Positions 34,298 through 45,464 of a stretch of 64,000 bases of DNA are shown here, in pieces. Position 1 is the stretch's first letter; every line of letters starts with the position of its first letter. Source of the DNA: Cyanophyceae cyanobacterium (GTDB lineage: Bacteria > Cyanobacteriota > Cyanobacteriia > Cyanobacteriales > Laspinemataceae); the NCBI GenBank assembly GCA_038321985.1, contig JBBQFN010000001.1:128001-192000 (forward strand). The letters run 5' to 3'. A program made the position numbers and the translations under genes. The notes beneath the pieces were generated by a model. The model had not been told where the DNA came from and made no database searches. It saw only the letters and a list, made by a program, of their open reading frames with translations.

Positions 34298-35374
34298 ATG
34301 CAGTCAACCCATCCTTCCTTGACGAGCAATCGCGAATTTATTCCGTGGTTACAACAACAACAAATTAGCCTAGGGTTTACCACCTATCAAACTAATTGGT
34401 TAGCCTTGTTGGGAGTTAATCTCGAAACTGGGGGCATTTCTGCACATCAACGCCAATTTAATCGGGCGATGGGTTTGTATTGTACTCCTGAAAGGCTTTA
34501 TTTGAGTTCCAAATATCAGATATGGCAGTTAGATAATGTGTTGCAACCGGGGCAATTGTATCAAGGCTCTGATAAACTCTTTATTCCCCGAATTGCCTAT
34601 ACTACTGGGGATATTGATGTGCATGATGTGGCGGTAAATAAAACAGGTGAACCCATTTTTATCAGTACCTTATTAAATTGTGTAGCGACAGTGAGCAGTC
34701 GCCATAGTTGTAAACCGCTATGGAAACCGCCATTTATTTCTAAAATTATTAACGAAGACCGCTGCCATTTGAATGGGTTGGCAATGGTGGATGGACAACC
34801 GGGTTATGTAACGGCTTGCAGTGGGTCAGATGTAGTCGATGGATGGCGCGATCGCCGACGAGAAGGGGGTCGAGTTATCGATATTAACAGTAATGAAATT
34901 ATCATCACTGGCTTAAGTATGCCTCATTCCCCCAGATTTTATCAAGGGAACCTATGGCTCTTAAATTCTGGGGCAGGAGAGTTTGGCTATGTGGATTTAG
35001 GGTCAGGAAAATTTGAATCCGTGACGTTTTGTCCCGGATATGCCCGAGGGTTAGCATTTTGGCAAGATTATGCTATTGTCGGACTGTCTAAACCCCGTTC
35101 TGGGGATGGGACATTTTCGGGTTTATTATTAGAGGACCGTTTAACCGAAAAAGATGCTGATGCCCGTTGTGGGTTACTGATTATTAATTTAAAAACGGGG
35201 ACAGTTCTTCATTGGATCCGCATCGAAGGAACGATTACGGAATTATATGATGTGGGGGTGTTGCCGGAGACACAAAGACCGATGGCTTTGGGCTTCCAAA
35301 CTGAGGAAATTGAGCAGTTAATTACTCTGGAACCTCTGAGTGATATTACGGGAATTAGTGGAGAGAAAAAATAA
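34298..35374 (+). CDS. TIGR03032 / DUF4915 family protein
   Basis: TGDIDVHD, EDRCHLNGLA, GLSMPHSPR and FCPGYARG motifs. Confidence 0.9.
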   Translation: MQSTHPSLTSNREFIPWLQQQQISLGFTTYQTNWLALLGVNLETGGISAHQRQFNRAMGLYCTPERLYLSSKYQIWQLDNVLQPGQLYQGSDKLFIPRIAYTTGDIDVHDVAVNKTGEPIFISTLLNCVATVSSRHSCKPLWKPPFISKIINEDRCHLNGLAMVDGQPGYVTACSGSDVVDGWRDRRREGGRVIDINSNEIIITGLSMPHSPRFYQGNLWLLNSGAGEFGYVDLGSGKFESVTFCPGYARGLAFWQDYAIVGLSKPRSGDGTFSGLLLEDRLTEKDADARCGLLIINLKTGTVLHWIRIEGTITELYDVGVLPETQRPMALGFQTEEIEQLITLEPLSDITGISGEKK

Positions 35375-35615
35375 AAGCGATCGCTTAGTAGCAGTCTCTA
35401 TAGAGGCGATGAACAAACAATTTCAAAAAAAATCCAAGAAAACCAGGATATAACCCAAAATCAACCTAAAAGTTTCTACTTTTTTATTCTTTTTAAAGTT
35501 ACTGCTGTTCTCGGATTTTAATTATTAGACTTCTTGCAAAATTATAAAAAGCTGATTGGCATTTTTAAGGGGGGTGGGGGGAGCAATCCGCTATTTTGCC
35601 AGAGGGCTATTCAAA

Positions 35616-38600
35616 TTACCACCGGGGGGATTGTTCGAGCAATTTTTGAGCAGCAACGCGATCCAAACCTTTAGAGAAAAAATACCCCTGTGCATAATCG
35701 CAATGCAGGGACCAAAGTTGAACCAAATGTTCCTCTTTTTCCACTCCTTCTGCGGTGACGTACATCCCCAGATTATGGGCCAGAGTGGCGATCGCCCGGA
35801 CGATTTCCGAACTTTCATTATCCCCTTCCATTCCTATCACAAAAGATTTGTCAATTTTTAACGTATTAATTGGAAACTGAGCCAGATGAGACAGGGAAGA
35901 ATAACCCGTCCCAAAATCATCAATGCATAAATGAATATGGCGCGATCGCAATTCTTCAAGTAACTCGGCGGCTTTAGCCGCATTTTCCATTAACACACTT
36001 TCGGTAATCTCTAACTTCAAACTGCTCGGATCAAGATGGGTTTCTTGTAAAATGCGATCGATGCGTGCCAGTAAATCCGGTTGTCCTAACTGTTGTCCTG
36101 ACAAATTAACGCTAATACTCAACAATTCTGCTGTCTGAAATTGCTGATGCCACTGTTGCATTTGTAAGCAAGCCTCCCGCAATACCCACTCCCCTAATGG
36201 CAAAATTAACCCCGTTTCTTCTGCAACGGGGATAAATTCCCCGGGAAAAACTAACCCCCGTTCCGGATGTTGCCAACGCACTAAGGCTTCAAACCCTGAT
36301 AACAAGCCGGTATCTAAATTAACGATAGGTTGATAGTGAAGCAGGAATTCTGGGCCTTCTAAATCGGGTTGAATGTCGTTTTTTTCTGGGGAAATAGGGG
36401 AATAGGGAATGAAAAATTGGGACTGAGTTTCGGGTGTTTGGAGGGGCAAGTCTCCATTTTTAAGAATAGAGCGCCGTAAATCATTCTCCAAACTTAATTG
36501 TGCCACAGCCTGTTCCAACATTTTACTATCAAATACTTCATGTCGGGCTTTGCCTAGGGCTTTGGCGCGATACATGGCAATATCCGCATCTCGCAGTAAA
36601 TCTTCAGGACGGTAATAGCCTAGAGTGCTGGGGGCAATGCCAATACTAGCGGAGGTAAAGACTTCGTAACCTTTGATATTAAAGGGAGAAATTAATTCAT
36701 TTTGAATTCGTTCCGCCAGGGCGATCGCGGCTTGAGTATCCGGGATATGTTCCACTAAAATCGTAAATTCATCCCCCCCAAACCGAGCTAGAATATCACC
36801 GCGTCCTACACAATTTTGCAGCCGTTTCGCGAAATCCACTAACAGACAATCCCCAATAAAATGTCCTAAACTGTCATTGACTACTTTAAATCGGTCTAAA
36901 TCTAAAAAAATGACTGCAAACTGATAATCAGGCTGCACTGTTGCCCGAGTTAAAGCCGAAGTGAGGCGGTTTAAGAAAAAGGCGCGGTTTGGTAACCCCG
37001 TAAGATTATCGTGCAGTGCTTCATGGCGTAATTTATCTTGAGCTTTCTGGCGATCGGTAATATCCATGACGTGAATATGCACAATCTTGAGGGAGTGAAT
37101 CGGGTGATACCACCAATAAAAAAGCCGATCTTGAACGAACCGTTCCACCTGCCATCCCGATTTTCCCTGTTGGAGGGAGTTGCGCACCAGTTCCCGATGA
37201 TTGATGGGTAAAAAGCCGGTTGCCAGTCCCAGGCGTAATTCTTCTAAAACTCGTTCGGTGGTGGGGTTGACGTAGACAATTTCCCCTTGAAAATCGCAGG
37301 CAAGGACGGGATTGGGGTTATATTTAGGAAAGGCAGCCAGACGGATATTTTCTTCTTCAGTCGCTTTGCGAGCGCTGATGTCGGTTTGGGAACCTGCCAT
37401 ACGGTAAGGGTTTCCCAGGCGATCGCGCACTGCCAGACCCCGAGAAAGCATCCAGCGGTACTGTCCCTGCACATCTAAAATCCGATGTTCACTTTTGAAG
37501 TGGGGGGTGACTCCAGCAAGATGATCGGCGATCGCCTGTTTAAGGGGGTTAATATCGTCCGGATGGACTCGGGTAAACCAGTCATCCGGACAGTAAACCA
37601 AGTTGGACTCACAGAAATTCTGCCCCCTTTCTACCCCTTCATACCCCAGCAGGGATTTCCAACGTGGGGAAAAATACACTGTATTCGTCGTTAAATTCCA
37701 ATCCCACAGCCCATCATTAGCCCCGGCTACGGCTAACGCATACCGTTCTTCGCTCTCACATAAAGCGCGTTCCCGTTTCTGACGATCAATCGCGGCGGCT
37801 AAAACATTGGCGATCGCCTGAAGGAAGTTCAAAGCCTCTACATCAAACTGTTGGAGTTCCGTACTATAAGCCGCCAATACGCCATAAGGTTCAGTTTGCC
37901 CATGAACCAGCACTGTAATTCCGCTGAGAATACCCCGTTTTAATAAAAAGGGCGAGGGAGTAAATCGGGTTTCCTTCTGTAAATTATCACATAAAATGGG
38001 TTCTTTTACCAACAAAGTATAGCCAGATTGAGATTCCCCATCCACCGCCATTGTCAAAACGCCGACTGCATCTTCACAACATCCCGCACCCGCTCTTAAT
38101 TCTAATCCCTGGCGATCGGGTAACAATTCCCACAAGCAACAACAATCGATATTCAGGGTTTGCAGGACTTCTTTCGCAGCTTCTTTAATCAGGCTCCTTA
38201 CCTCCATCCCCGCAAGCGCCCGCTGTCCTAATCCGGCAATCACCGCACTTTCGCGAGCGTGTGCGGCTAAAAGTCGTTCGGTACGCTTACGCTCTTGCAG
38301 TTCCCGTTCCAAGGATGCCATATTGGCTTGGAGTTGCTGTTCTAATTCATCCGCATGAATCAGAATTGGACGAGTGAGGGGGTATAGCAACAGGGCAATT
38401 AATCCGGTGCCAAAGGGTAATAAAGCAACCGTAATAGCAACAATAAGCAGGATCAGGCTTCCCTTTCCCGGAGTCGAGGAGAGTAGCAGCAGAATCACCC
38501 AATTGCTGTTGGGAATGGGGGCGATTGCCACTGCTTCTGAACTGGGGAGACTGTTGTTTAGGAATCGTATTCCCCCTTGCTGAGTCATTTCTGCATTAAG

Positions 38601-39359
38601 CAACGCCGCAATTCTGGTATTCGGTCCTAAGGGGAACAAGCCTGCTTCATTAGTATAAGCTAGGAACGGCAGCAGGCGATCGATGTGAGTATTGTTGACT
38701 CGTGCTAAAGCAATTTCTACGGATTGACCCTCTGGGGTAAACTTCTGTAAAAGTGTTTCAATTTCCGAAACGCTAAATAAGAATAAATCCGTTCCCAGGG
38801 ATGCTGGAGATTGTGAGTTAACTCGGGCTAGAGTAACCAGCAAATAAGACGAGTTGCCAACTAGCGCCGGCTGGAACGTGATTTTTTCGGGGGCCTTCTC
38901 CCTCAATTCGGGCCACAATTCCCTAGGAATCTCTGTGCCTAACTGGATCACCACCTCACCCTGGCGATCGAGCCTCATCAGTCCCGCTATTTCTGGAACT
39001 TGTTGGAGAGAATCTAGTAATACTGAGGGACTTAACGGCAACTCGGGGGTTACATCAACTCCCGGGGAGTTATATTTTAAACTGGGTACGGCGATTGGGT
39101 TTGTACTTGCCAGTTGTTCAGCGATTAGGGCAACCTGCCATAAATAGCGCTCTAGGGCTTGACTTTTCGTTCGTGCGTCTAAAAAGACCTGATGTTGCCG
39201 GTCCTGGTTAAAATGATGATAAAAAAAACCAATACTAACGATAGAAATGACTGCGCCGATGGATAGCATCCCCAATGCCATATAAACCACCAGCGATCGC
39301 CGTAACCGTCCTGATAGGTTGCCGTTTGCCACTGTTAATGCCCACCCTTGGAAAAGCAA
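35616..39359 (-). CDS. Membrane-anchored GAF/PAS diguanylate cyclase-phosphodiesterase (GGDEF-EAL)
   Basis: Two TM segments flanking an extracytoplasmic domain, then GAF, PAS/PAC, intact GGDEF, and EAL with DDFGTGYSSL. Start uncertain (39359 or 39281). Confidence 0.93.
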   Translation of the reverse strand: MLFQGWALTVANGNLSGRLRRSLVVYMALGMLSIGAVISIVSIGFFYHHFNQDRQHQVFLDARTKSQALERYLWQVALIAEQLASTNPIAVPSLKYNSPGVDVTPELPLSPSVLLDSLQQVPEIAGLMRLDRQGEVVIQLGTEIPRELWPELREKAPEKITFQPALVGNSSYLLVTLARVNSQSPASLGTDLFLFSVSEIETLLQKFTPEGQSVEIALARVNNTHIDRLLPFLAYTNEAGLFPLGPNTRIAALLNAEMTQQGGIRFLNNSLPSSEAVAIAPIPNSNWVILLLLSSTPGKGSLILLIVAITVALLPFGTGLIALLLYPLTRPILIHADELEQQLQANMASLERELQERKRTERLLAAHARESAVIAGLGQRALAGMEVRSLIKEAAKEVLQTLNIDCCCLWELLPDRQGLELRAGAGCCEDAVGVLTMAVDGESQSGYTLLVKEPILCDNLQKETRFTPSPFLLKRGILSGITVLVHGQTEPYGVLAAYSTELQQFDVEALNFLQAIANVLAAAIDRQKRERALCESEERYALAVAGANDGLWDWNLTTNTVYFSPRWKSLLGYEGVERGQNFCESNLVYCPDDWFTRVHPDDINPLKQAIADHLAGVTPHFKSEHRILDVQGQYRWMLSRGLAVRDRLGNPYRMAGSQTDISARKATEEENIRLAAFPKYNPNPVLACDFQGEIVYVNPTTERVLEELRLGLATGFLPINHRELVRNSLQQGKSGWQVERFVQDRLFYWWYHPIHSLKIVHIHVMDITDRQKAQDKLRHEALHDNLTGLPNRAFFLNRLTSALTRATVQPDYQFAVIFLDLDRFKVVNDSLGHFIGDCLLVDFAKRLQNCVGRGDILARFGGDEFTILVEHIPDTQAAIALAERIQNELISPFNIKGYEVFTSASIGIAPSTLGYYRPEDLLRDADIAMYRAKALGKARHEVFDSKMLEQAVAQLSLENDLRRSILKNGDLPLQTPETQSQFFIPYSPISPEKNDIQPDLEGPEFLLHYQPIVNLDTGLLSGFEALVRWQHPERGLVFPGEFIPVAEETGLILPLGEWVLREACLQMQQWHQQFQTAELLSISVNLSGQQLGQPDLLARIDRILQETHLDPSSLKLEITESVLMENAAKAAELLEELRSRHIHLCIDDFGTGYSSLSHLAQFPINTLKIDKSFVIGMEGDNESSEIVRAIATLAHNLGMYVTAEGVEKEEHLVQLWSLHCDYAQGYFFSKGLDRVAAQKLLEQSPRW

Positions 39360-40394
39360 GTCAATCTAAAGCCTCTTTCTCACGATAACCCTATCTATTC
39401 TATCTAGTAAACCATTTTTTCGGGCGTTTTTCTGTAAGATTTGGGATTTTCAAAGACCCCATTAAGGTAGTCCGACGCAGGGGAGAATACTCCAGACTCA
39501 AAAAGCCGCAACTCCTCTAGGAAAAATCACAGTTTGCCGTCAAAATCCCTAGGGTTATCCCTAGGAAAAAATAACTCTAGCCTACCGGATTGTAGTGACT
39601 ATTAAGAGTAATTATTGCTACCATTTCCTAGATTAATAGAGCCTTTTTCACAGGTAGGAGGTACACTTTTTCTTTTGGAGTGCGAGTAAGATGCTCGCTT
39701 GAGACAATAGCAAGTAAGATGTCGGGGCAGCACGCACAGGCTACGCAAATGCACTCCAAAGTCCATATCCTAACCATCGTATCTATAGCTTACCGGACTC
39801 GAAAACGTGATAGAGGCGATGAGCCTTTTCCCTTTTTTTCTTATCCCTGTGTGACTATATCAGCTTCGGTCAGTGTTGTAAACTCAAACCCCAGTTTAAC
39901 TCCCTCAGTCATTTTCTCATTTTAAATAAAACTGGAAAAGTTCAACATAAATTAAGGGAAAAATGAACAGAAAAGAACAAAATTAGTAGTAAAGACTACA
40001 GCCCTTATCCCCCGTTTGTAGTCACCAGTTGCGGTAGTTATCCCCGCCCGATGTTTGTAATACCAAATGAATCCACCTCGACCAACCCACACCGCCTTCT
40101 CGTGCCGACGGCCCTGAGTTACGCGATCCTCCCGTCCTGCTATCTGTGATCAAGCCAGAAAAGGCCGCTATATCTGGTCTAACTCTAGGAAGGGTCAGGT
40201 TATCACCAGCCTAATTGACCTCTGGGGCAATGAGACTTGACCCCTTGGGACTTGCGGAAAACCCTGGTTATAAAATTTATTAGACTTCGGGCAACATTTA
40301 CCATACAATACAGGTTATGTCAACACCCTAGCGATGGAAGCATTCCCAGTCTACGCTGTAGAATACCGTTAAAAGAGAGGGGGAAAACTCACCG

Positions 40395-41975
40395 ATGCCA
40401 GACTACTATCAACTTGAAAAACGCTTATGGGACGCAGCGGATCAATTGCGTGCCAATTCCAAACTGAAACCGTCGGAATATTCTCTGCCTGTACTGGGTT
40501 TAATCTTCCTACGGTATGCTGACTATAACTTTAGCCAAGCCCTGGAGAGATATCGCACAAGCGATCGCCCGGTAGCGACAAGGGAACGGGTGTTATCGGT
40601 TCCCCCCCAGGCAAGGTTTGATTACCTGCTGAACCTACCAGCAGAGGCAAATATTGGGGAAGACATTAATAGTGCGATGCGGGCGATCGAAGTAGAAAAC
40701 CCCACGTTGAAAAATATCCTCCCCAAAACTTACCACCGTTTGGGGAATGATATTCTCCGGCAACTATTAAGGGATTTTCATACGATCGCCCTGGATATCG
40801 AAGGGGATGCCTTTGGGCGTATTTATGAATACTTCCTTAGCAATTTTGCCATGAATGAAGGACAAAAAGGCGGTGAATTTTTTACACCAACCTCTTTAGT
40901 TAAGCTAATTGTTGAAATTATCGAACCCTATCACGGTCGTATTTTTGACCCGGCTTGTGGCAGCGGGGGAATGTTCGTACAAAGTGCCTCCTTTATAGAA
41001 AAACTACAGAAAAATCCCAGCACTGAAATCGGGATTTATGGACAGGAAAAAATTGCCGATAACGTCCGGCTTTGTTTGATGAATCTTGCCATTCATGGAC
41101 TCTCAGGAGATATCCGCCAGAGTAACACCTACTACGAAGACATCCATAATTGTGTGGGCAAATTTGACTTTGTAATGGCAAACCCTCCTTTTAATGTAGA
41201 CAAAGTAGACAAAGAAAAAATCAAAGACAACCCCCGCTTTCCCTTGGGATTACCTCGGGTTGATAATGCCAACTATCTCTGGATTCAATTATTTTATAGC
41301 GCTTTAAATGCCAAGGGACGTGCTGGTTTTGTGATGGCAAATTCCGCCAGTGATGCTCGCGGAATGGAGTTAGAAATTCGCAAAAATCTGCTTCATGAAG
41401 GAGTTGTCGAGGCGATCGTTGCGGTAGGTTCTCACTTTTTCTATAGTGTGGGCTTACCCTGTACCCTCTGGTTTTTTGATCGCGACAAGGTGAATAATCC
41501 CCGTAAAGATAAAGTGCTCTTTATCGATGCCCGTCAATTCTATCAGCACGTTTACCGTTCTCACCGTCAATTTAGTGATAAACAAATTCAATTTTTAGGC
41601 AATATCGTCCGAATGTATCGGGGACAATCTGTTGAATCTGTCACAACTTTACCGGAACATACCCGCTACAATCCCTCGGTCCCCGCTTATGGGACTTTAC
41701 CGAATTGGGAGGAAACTTTCCCTAACAATATCTATCGGGATGTTCCAGGTTTGTGCCGCATCGCCCTGGTTTCAGAAATTGCAGAACAGTCCTATAGTTT
41801 GAATCCAGGGCGATATGTGGGAATTGCACCCAAACCGGAAGACGATTTTGATTTTGCTGAAAAGTTACAAGAACTGAATGATGAATTCGAGACTCTTACG
41901 ATTGAAGCCCGAGAATTAGAAGGGCGAATTTCTCAAACAGTCAATCGTTTATTAAAGGTAGAAGATAAGGAATGA
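40395..41975 (+). CDS. hsdM: Type I restriction-modification methyltransferase subunit M
   Basis: [12 protein letters not shown]-terminal domain, GEFFTP, motif I DPACGSGG, motif [16 protein letters not shown]. Confidence 0.95.
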   Translation: MPDYYQLEKRLWDAADQLRANSKLKPSEYSLPVLGLIFLRYADYNFSQALERYRTSDRPVATRERVLSVPPQARFDYLLNLPAEANIGEDINSAMRAIEVENPTLKNILPKTYHRLGNDILRQLLRDFHTIALDIEGDAFGRIYEYFLSNFAMNEGQKGGEFFTPTSLVKLIVEIIEPYHGRIFDPACGSGGMFVQSASFIEKLQKNPSTEIGIYGQEKIADNVRLCLMNLAIHGLSGDIRQSNTYYEDIHNCVGKFDFVMANPPFNVDKVDKEKIKDNPRFPLGLPRVDNANYLWIQLFYSALNAKGRAGFVMANSASDARGMELEIRKNLLHEGVVEAIVAVGSHFFYSVGLPCTLWFFDRDKVNNPRKDKVLFIDARQFYQHVYRSHRQFSDKQIQFLGNIVRMYRGQSVESVTTLPEHTRYNPSVPAYGTLPNWEETFPNNIYRDVPGLCRIALVSEIAEQSYSLNPGRYVGIAPKPEDDFDFAEKLQELNDEFETLTIEARELEGRISQTVNRLLKVEDKE

Positions 41976-42075
41976 AAACTCACAAAAATTTTGGACTTTT
42001 AAATTCCTCTTTTTTTATAGAGAACAGCAGACGGCTTACCTCTAAAGTTGGGTACTATACTTTTCAATTAAAACC

Positions 42076-43341
42076 GTGAAACCAGGAAATAATTGGACTC
42101 AAAAGCGGATTGGTGAAGTCTGTCTGGTGGGAGATGGCACTCATGCCAAAATCAAAAGACAAGACCAGGGTATTCTCTATTTAACTGCCAAAAATATTAA
42201 ACCAGGTCGGTTAAATCTTGCCAAAGTAGATTATATCTCGGAAACAGATTTTGACCGCTATTTTTGTAATAGTATTCAATCTATCCGCAAGCCAGAAGCC
42301 GGGGATATCTTATTTGGAATTATCGGGAGTATCGGAGAACCTTATTTAGTCCAACCCGAAGACTCATTTGGAATTTCTAGCAGTCTAGCGATTTTAAGAC
42401 CTAATCAGGCCATTTTGTGGTCTCCTTATCTTTATTACTGGGTGAAAAGTCCGATTTTTCAAAATGCGTTACAGGCAAGAAAGGCTGGAGTGGTGCAGTG
42501 TTATATCAGTTTAGACGCCTTAAAAAGAATGCCACTTGTCTATCCCGATTTGGGCAGCCAACAAAAAATAGCCGCCATTCTTACGGATTATGATGACTTA
42601 ATTTCTAACAACCAACGGCGGATTCAGATTCTCGAACAGATGGCGCAAAGCATCTATCACGAGTGGTTTGTGAAGTGGCGGATTCCTAATTTGGAATGGC
42701 GTAAGGCAACGGACGAAGAACAACAAATCACCGGCAAAGAACTTTTTCCCGTAGGATGGGCGATCGAACCGATTGGCAATGCGATCGCCACCCTGAGTGG
42801 GGATACTCCCGCGAAGAAAAAACCCGAATACTGGGCGAATGGAACGTTAGTATGGTACCGAACCACCGATCTAACAACTGAGGGAACAATGTTTATTTCC
42901 GGTTCCACTCACAAAATTACAGAGTTGGGGCGGCAGCGTAATAAGATTCGCACATTCCCCCCCTATTCGGTGATGATGACATCTCGGGCAACGATTGGAG
43001 TAGTGGCAATTAATACCACAACCGCTTGTACCAATCAAGGATTTATTACTTGTATTCCCAATGAACGGTTATCGGCTTACTATCTGTATTTTTGGATTGG
43101 GGAAAACCGCGATCGCATTTTTAACTTAGCATCGGGATTGATGTACCGAGAAATCAATCTGGGCTGGTTTCGGCAGTTACCGATCGCTATTCCTGACTCT
43201 GCCACCCACCGTCACTTTATAGAAACCCTCGACCCCATCTGTCAGCAAATCGAAACGTTACAAGCAAAAACAACTAACCTCAAATTAACTCGGGAGTTAC
43301 TCCTGAATCAATTACTCTCCGGTGAAGTGGATCTGAAGTAA
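42076..43341 (+). CDS. hsdS: Type I restriction-modification specificity subunit S
   Basis: Two TRDs separated by the conserved helical spacer QQKIAAIL..DDLI..N..LEQMAQSIYHEWF; C-terminal RELLLNQLLSGEV. Confidence 0.92.
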   Translation: MKPGNNWTQKRIGEVCLVGDGTHAKIKRQDQGILYLTAKNIKPGRLNLAKVDYISETDFDRYFCNSIQSIRKPEAGDILFGIIGSIGEPYLVQPEDSFGISSSLAILRPNQAILWSPYLYYWVKSPIFQNALQARKAGVVQCYISLDALKRMPLVYPDLGSQQKIAAILTDYDDLISNNQRRIQILEQMAQSIYHEWFVKWRIPNLEWRKATDEEQQITGKELFPVGWAIEPIGNAIATLSGDTPAKKKPEYWANGTLVWYRTTDLTTEGTMFISGSTHKITELGRQRNKIRTFPPYSVMMTSRATIGVVAINTTTACTNQGFITCIPNERLSAYYLYFWIGENRDRIFNLASGLMYREINLGWFRQLPIAIPDSATHRHFIETLDPICQQIETLQAKTTNLKLTRELLLNQLLSGEVDLK

Positions 43342-43582
43342 TGAACAGGTAAAGAGATCCCCTTAATTTTAAGCGAAAACATCAGCATATCTCCCCAGCA
43401 TATCGAACATTTTCATGCAAAATCTAGGGGAGAGGGATGAATAGAAACAGCTTTCTCCCTTCAACAGAAAACTCTTTACCACGGGACACCCGGTGAAGCG
43501 ACGCTTATCCGAGCCGGATCTTCCCCGGTTTGAGGGAAATTCCCCTCATCCTATCTAATTTTAGTGAAATTTATTGAAGTTT

Positions 43583-44818
43583 TTATCCCTGACTGGGATG
43601 AATTTCTAAGGGAAAAATAACCAAAAACTCTGACCCGTCCCCGAGTTTAGAAACTACCTGAATTTCTCCTTTTAGAAGTTCCACCAGTTGGGAGACGATG
43701 GTCAATCCTAACCCGGTACTTCCCTCGACTTGTTGAGAAACTTGCTGGGCAACTCGGGAAAAAGGCTGGAAAATTTGCTCTATATTTTCGGGAGCAATCC
43801 CGATACCTGTATCCCTAACGCCCAGCAACCATTTATCATTAGGAAGGCTTTCACAGAAAATTGTAATAGATCCAGTTTCGGTATAGCGCACTGCATTACT
43901 CAGAAGATTGATTAAAATCCGCTGGAAGCGAGACAGATCCGTAGTGATGTACTTAGGAGCGTGATTATTACTAATAATAATTTGTAATTGTTTGTCTTGG
44001 GCCAGGGGTTCAATCGTTTCTACAGTTGCGGCGATTACGGGACTCAGTTCAATGGTCATCAGTTTTAAGTGAGTCGTTCCGGAGTCAACTTGAGACAGTT
44101 CTAAAGAATTATTTACCAGTTGTAGTAATTGCCGAGAAGCGCGGAGGACTCGCTCGATGCGCTCAATCGTAACAGCATCTTCTTTTTCTTTAGATTGTTG
44201 CTGACGTAGAAGCAGTTGCGAATAAGCCATAATTGAACTTAAGGGCGTTTTAAGTTCATGGGCCAGATGAGAAAAACTTTCTTGACTGAGACTTAACAAG
44301 CGGTTTAGCTCTTCATTATTTTTTGTAACTTGCTGCTGAAGCTGTTCGAGTTTTTGAGTCCTTTCTTCTACAAATTGATGAAAGCAATAAGCAGTAGCTT
44401 GGTCAATAACGGCATCAATAATCCGAAAAGCTCGATAAGATTCAACATTCGGTAATTCTAATAATTCCTCTTTTAAAGCTGAAAAAATTACTTGGCGCAG
44501 CAGGCGATATTCCTGTGCGATTTCGCCTGCATTATACCCATGCTCAAATCGATTTACTCCATGCTCTAAGCTGGCTTGAGCAACCACTTCAAAATCATCT
44601 TCTTCTGATTCGTTTAAAGCGGTTGTCATCGCCTTTAAAACTTGAGGAATTAAATCGGTCAGAGCCGGTTCAGATAAGTTTTTAGAGCTTTCAATTTTAA
44701 CATCTCGCCGGACTGCTTTTTTCCATTTTTTTACAATTTCGTCAATTTTACGTTCAAAAGATTGACTGATAGTTTCCATGAAAATTGAGTTAAGGTGTGT
44801 CATAACATCAGGGACCAA
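43583..44818 (-). CDS. Cytoplasmic sensor histidine kinase (RsbRD-N-like, HisKA, HATPase)
   Basis: HG..R..GY..EIAQEY N-terminal domain, AHELKTPL, NLLSNA, DTGIGI, GLGL. Start uncertain. Confidence 0.9.
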   Translation of the reverse strand: MVPDVMTHLNSIFMETISQSFERKIDEIVKKWKKAVRRDVKIESSKNLSEPALTDLIPQVLKAMTTALNESEEDDFEVVAQASLEHGVNRFEHGYNAGEIAQEYRLLRQVIFSALKEELLELPNVESYRAFRIIDAVIDQATAYCFHQFVEERTQKLEQLQQQVTKNNEELNRLLSLSQESFSHLAHELKTPLSSIMAYSQLLLRQQQSKEKEDAVTIERIERVLRASRQLLQLVNNSLELSQVDSGTTHLKLMTIELSPVIAATVETIEPLAQDKQLQIIISNNHAPKYITTDLSRFQRILINLLSNAVRYTETGSITIFCESLPNDKWLLGVRDTGIGIAPENIEQIFQPFSRVAQQVSQQVEGSTGLGLTIVSQLVELLKGEIQVVSKLGDGSEFLVIFPLEIHPSQG

Positions 44819-45464
44819 ATTTAAGGAGTGAAGTCTTTAAACGGGATATAAACTAGAGAAATTTAGAAGCGCGGTTGAGTGGCCGATCTCCCTCGTTGCG
44901 ATCGCCAGAGTAACCCGGGTACTGTTGTCAGTGTCATTGAAGCGTTAAAAACTGGCTTAAACCTGAATTTAGAACAAGCAGCGGTAATATGCCCCGGTGG
45001 GAGGCAATTTCCCTAAAATTAAGAGGTTTTTCTGGCCCAATAGCATCCTTGCCAGGGACCGCACCGGGTAGAAATCAGTTGGCGATCGCCACGGGTGCCG
45101 TACAACTGAGTGAAAATCTCCCCTGGAGTCTGAGGAGATTTTCTTCTTTCCGTAACTTGTCACCCCAAATGCCGACCTCCGTAGAAACCATGCATCTTCT
45201 CCTTGACTCAGTGGACCCATTTCTGAAATCATCCTGGATTTCATTATTTAGATGAAGATTGCTATTATTCTACCCTAAGACGGTGGCTAAATTGACAGCA
45301 ATTAGGTTAAAAACGAAACGCTTAAATTACTTTTTGATTTCCTGCCCCTGATTTTACGTGGGAATGACAGCCCAACTGCCCCTACTTCATACCCTATCCA
45401 GTGGGAACTCCCCCCGGCGATCGACTAAAATTTGGGAATAACTGCACTTCTACAGAGCGTGGGC

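Noticed and set aside
39360..40394. hsdR remnant or transposase pseudogene upstream of hsdM
   Set aside because: No recognisable helicase, nuclease or transposase motifs in the frames inspected.
42010..42016. Poly-T frameshift fusing the mini-ORF to hsdS
   Set aside because: The hsdS frame has a TAA at 42043-42045, so a slip in the T-run would not create a fusion.
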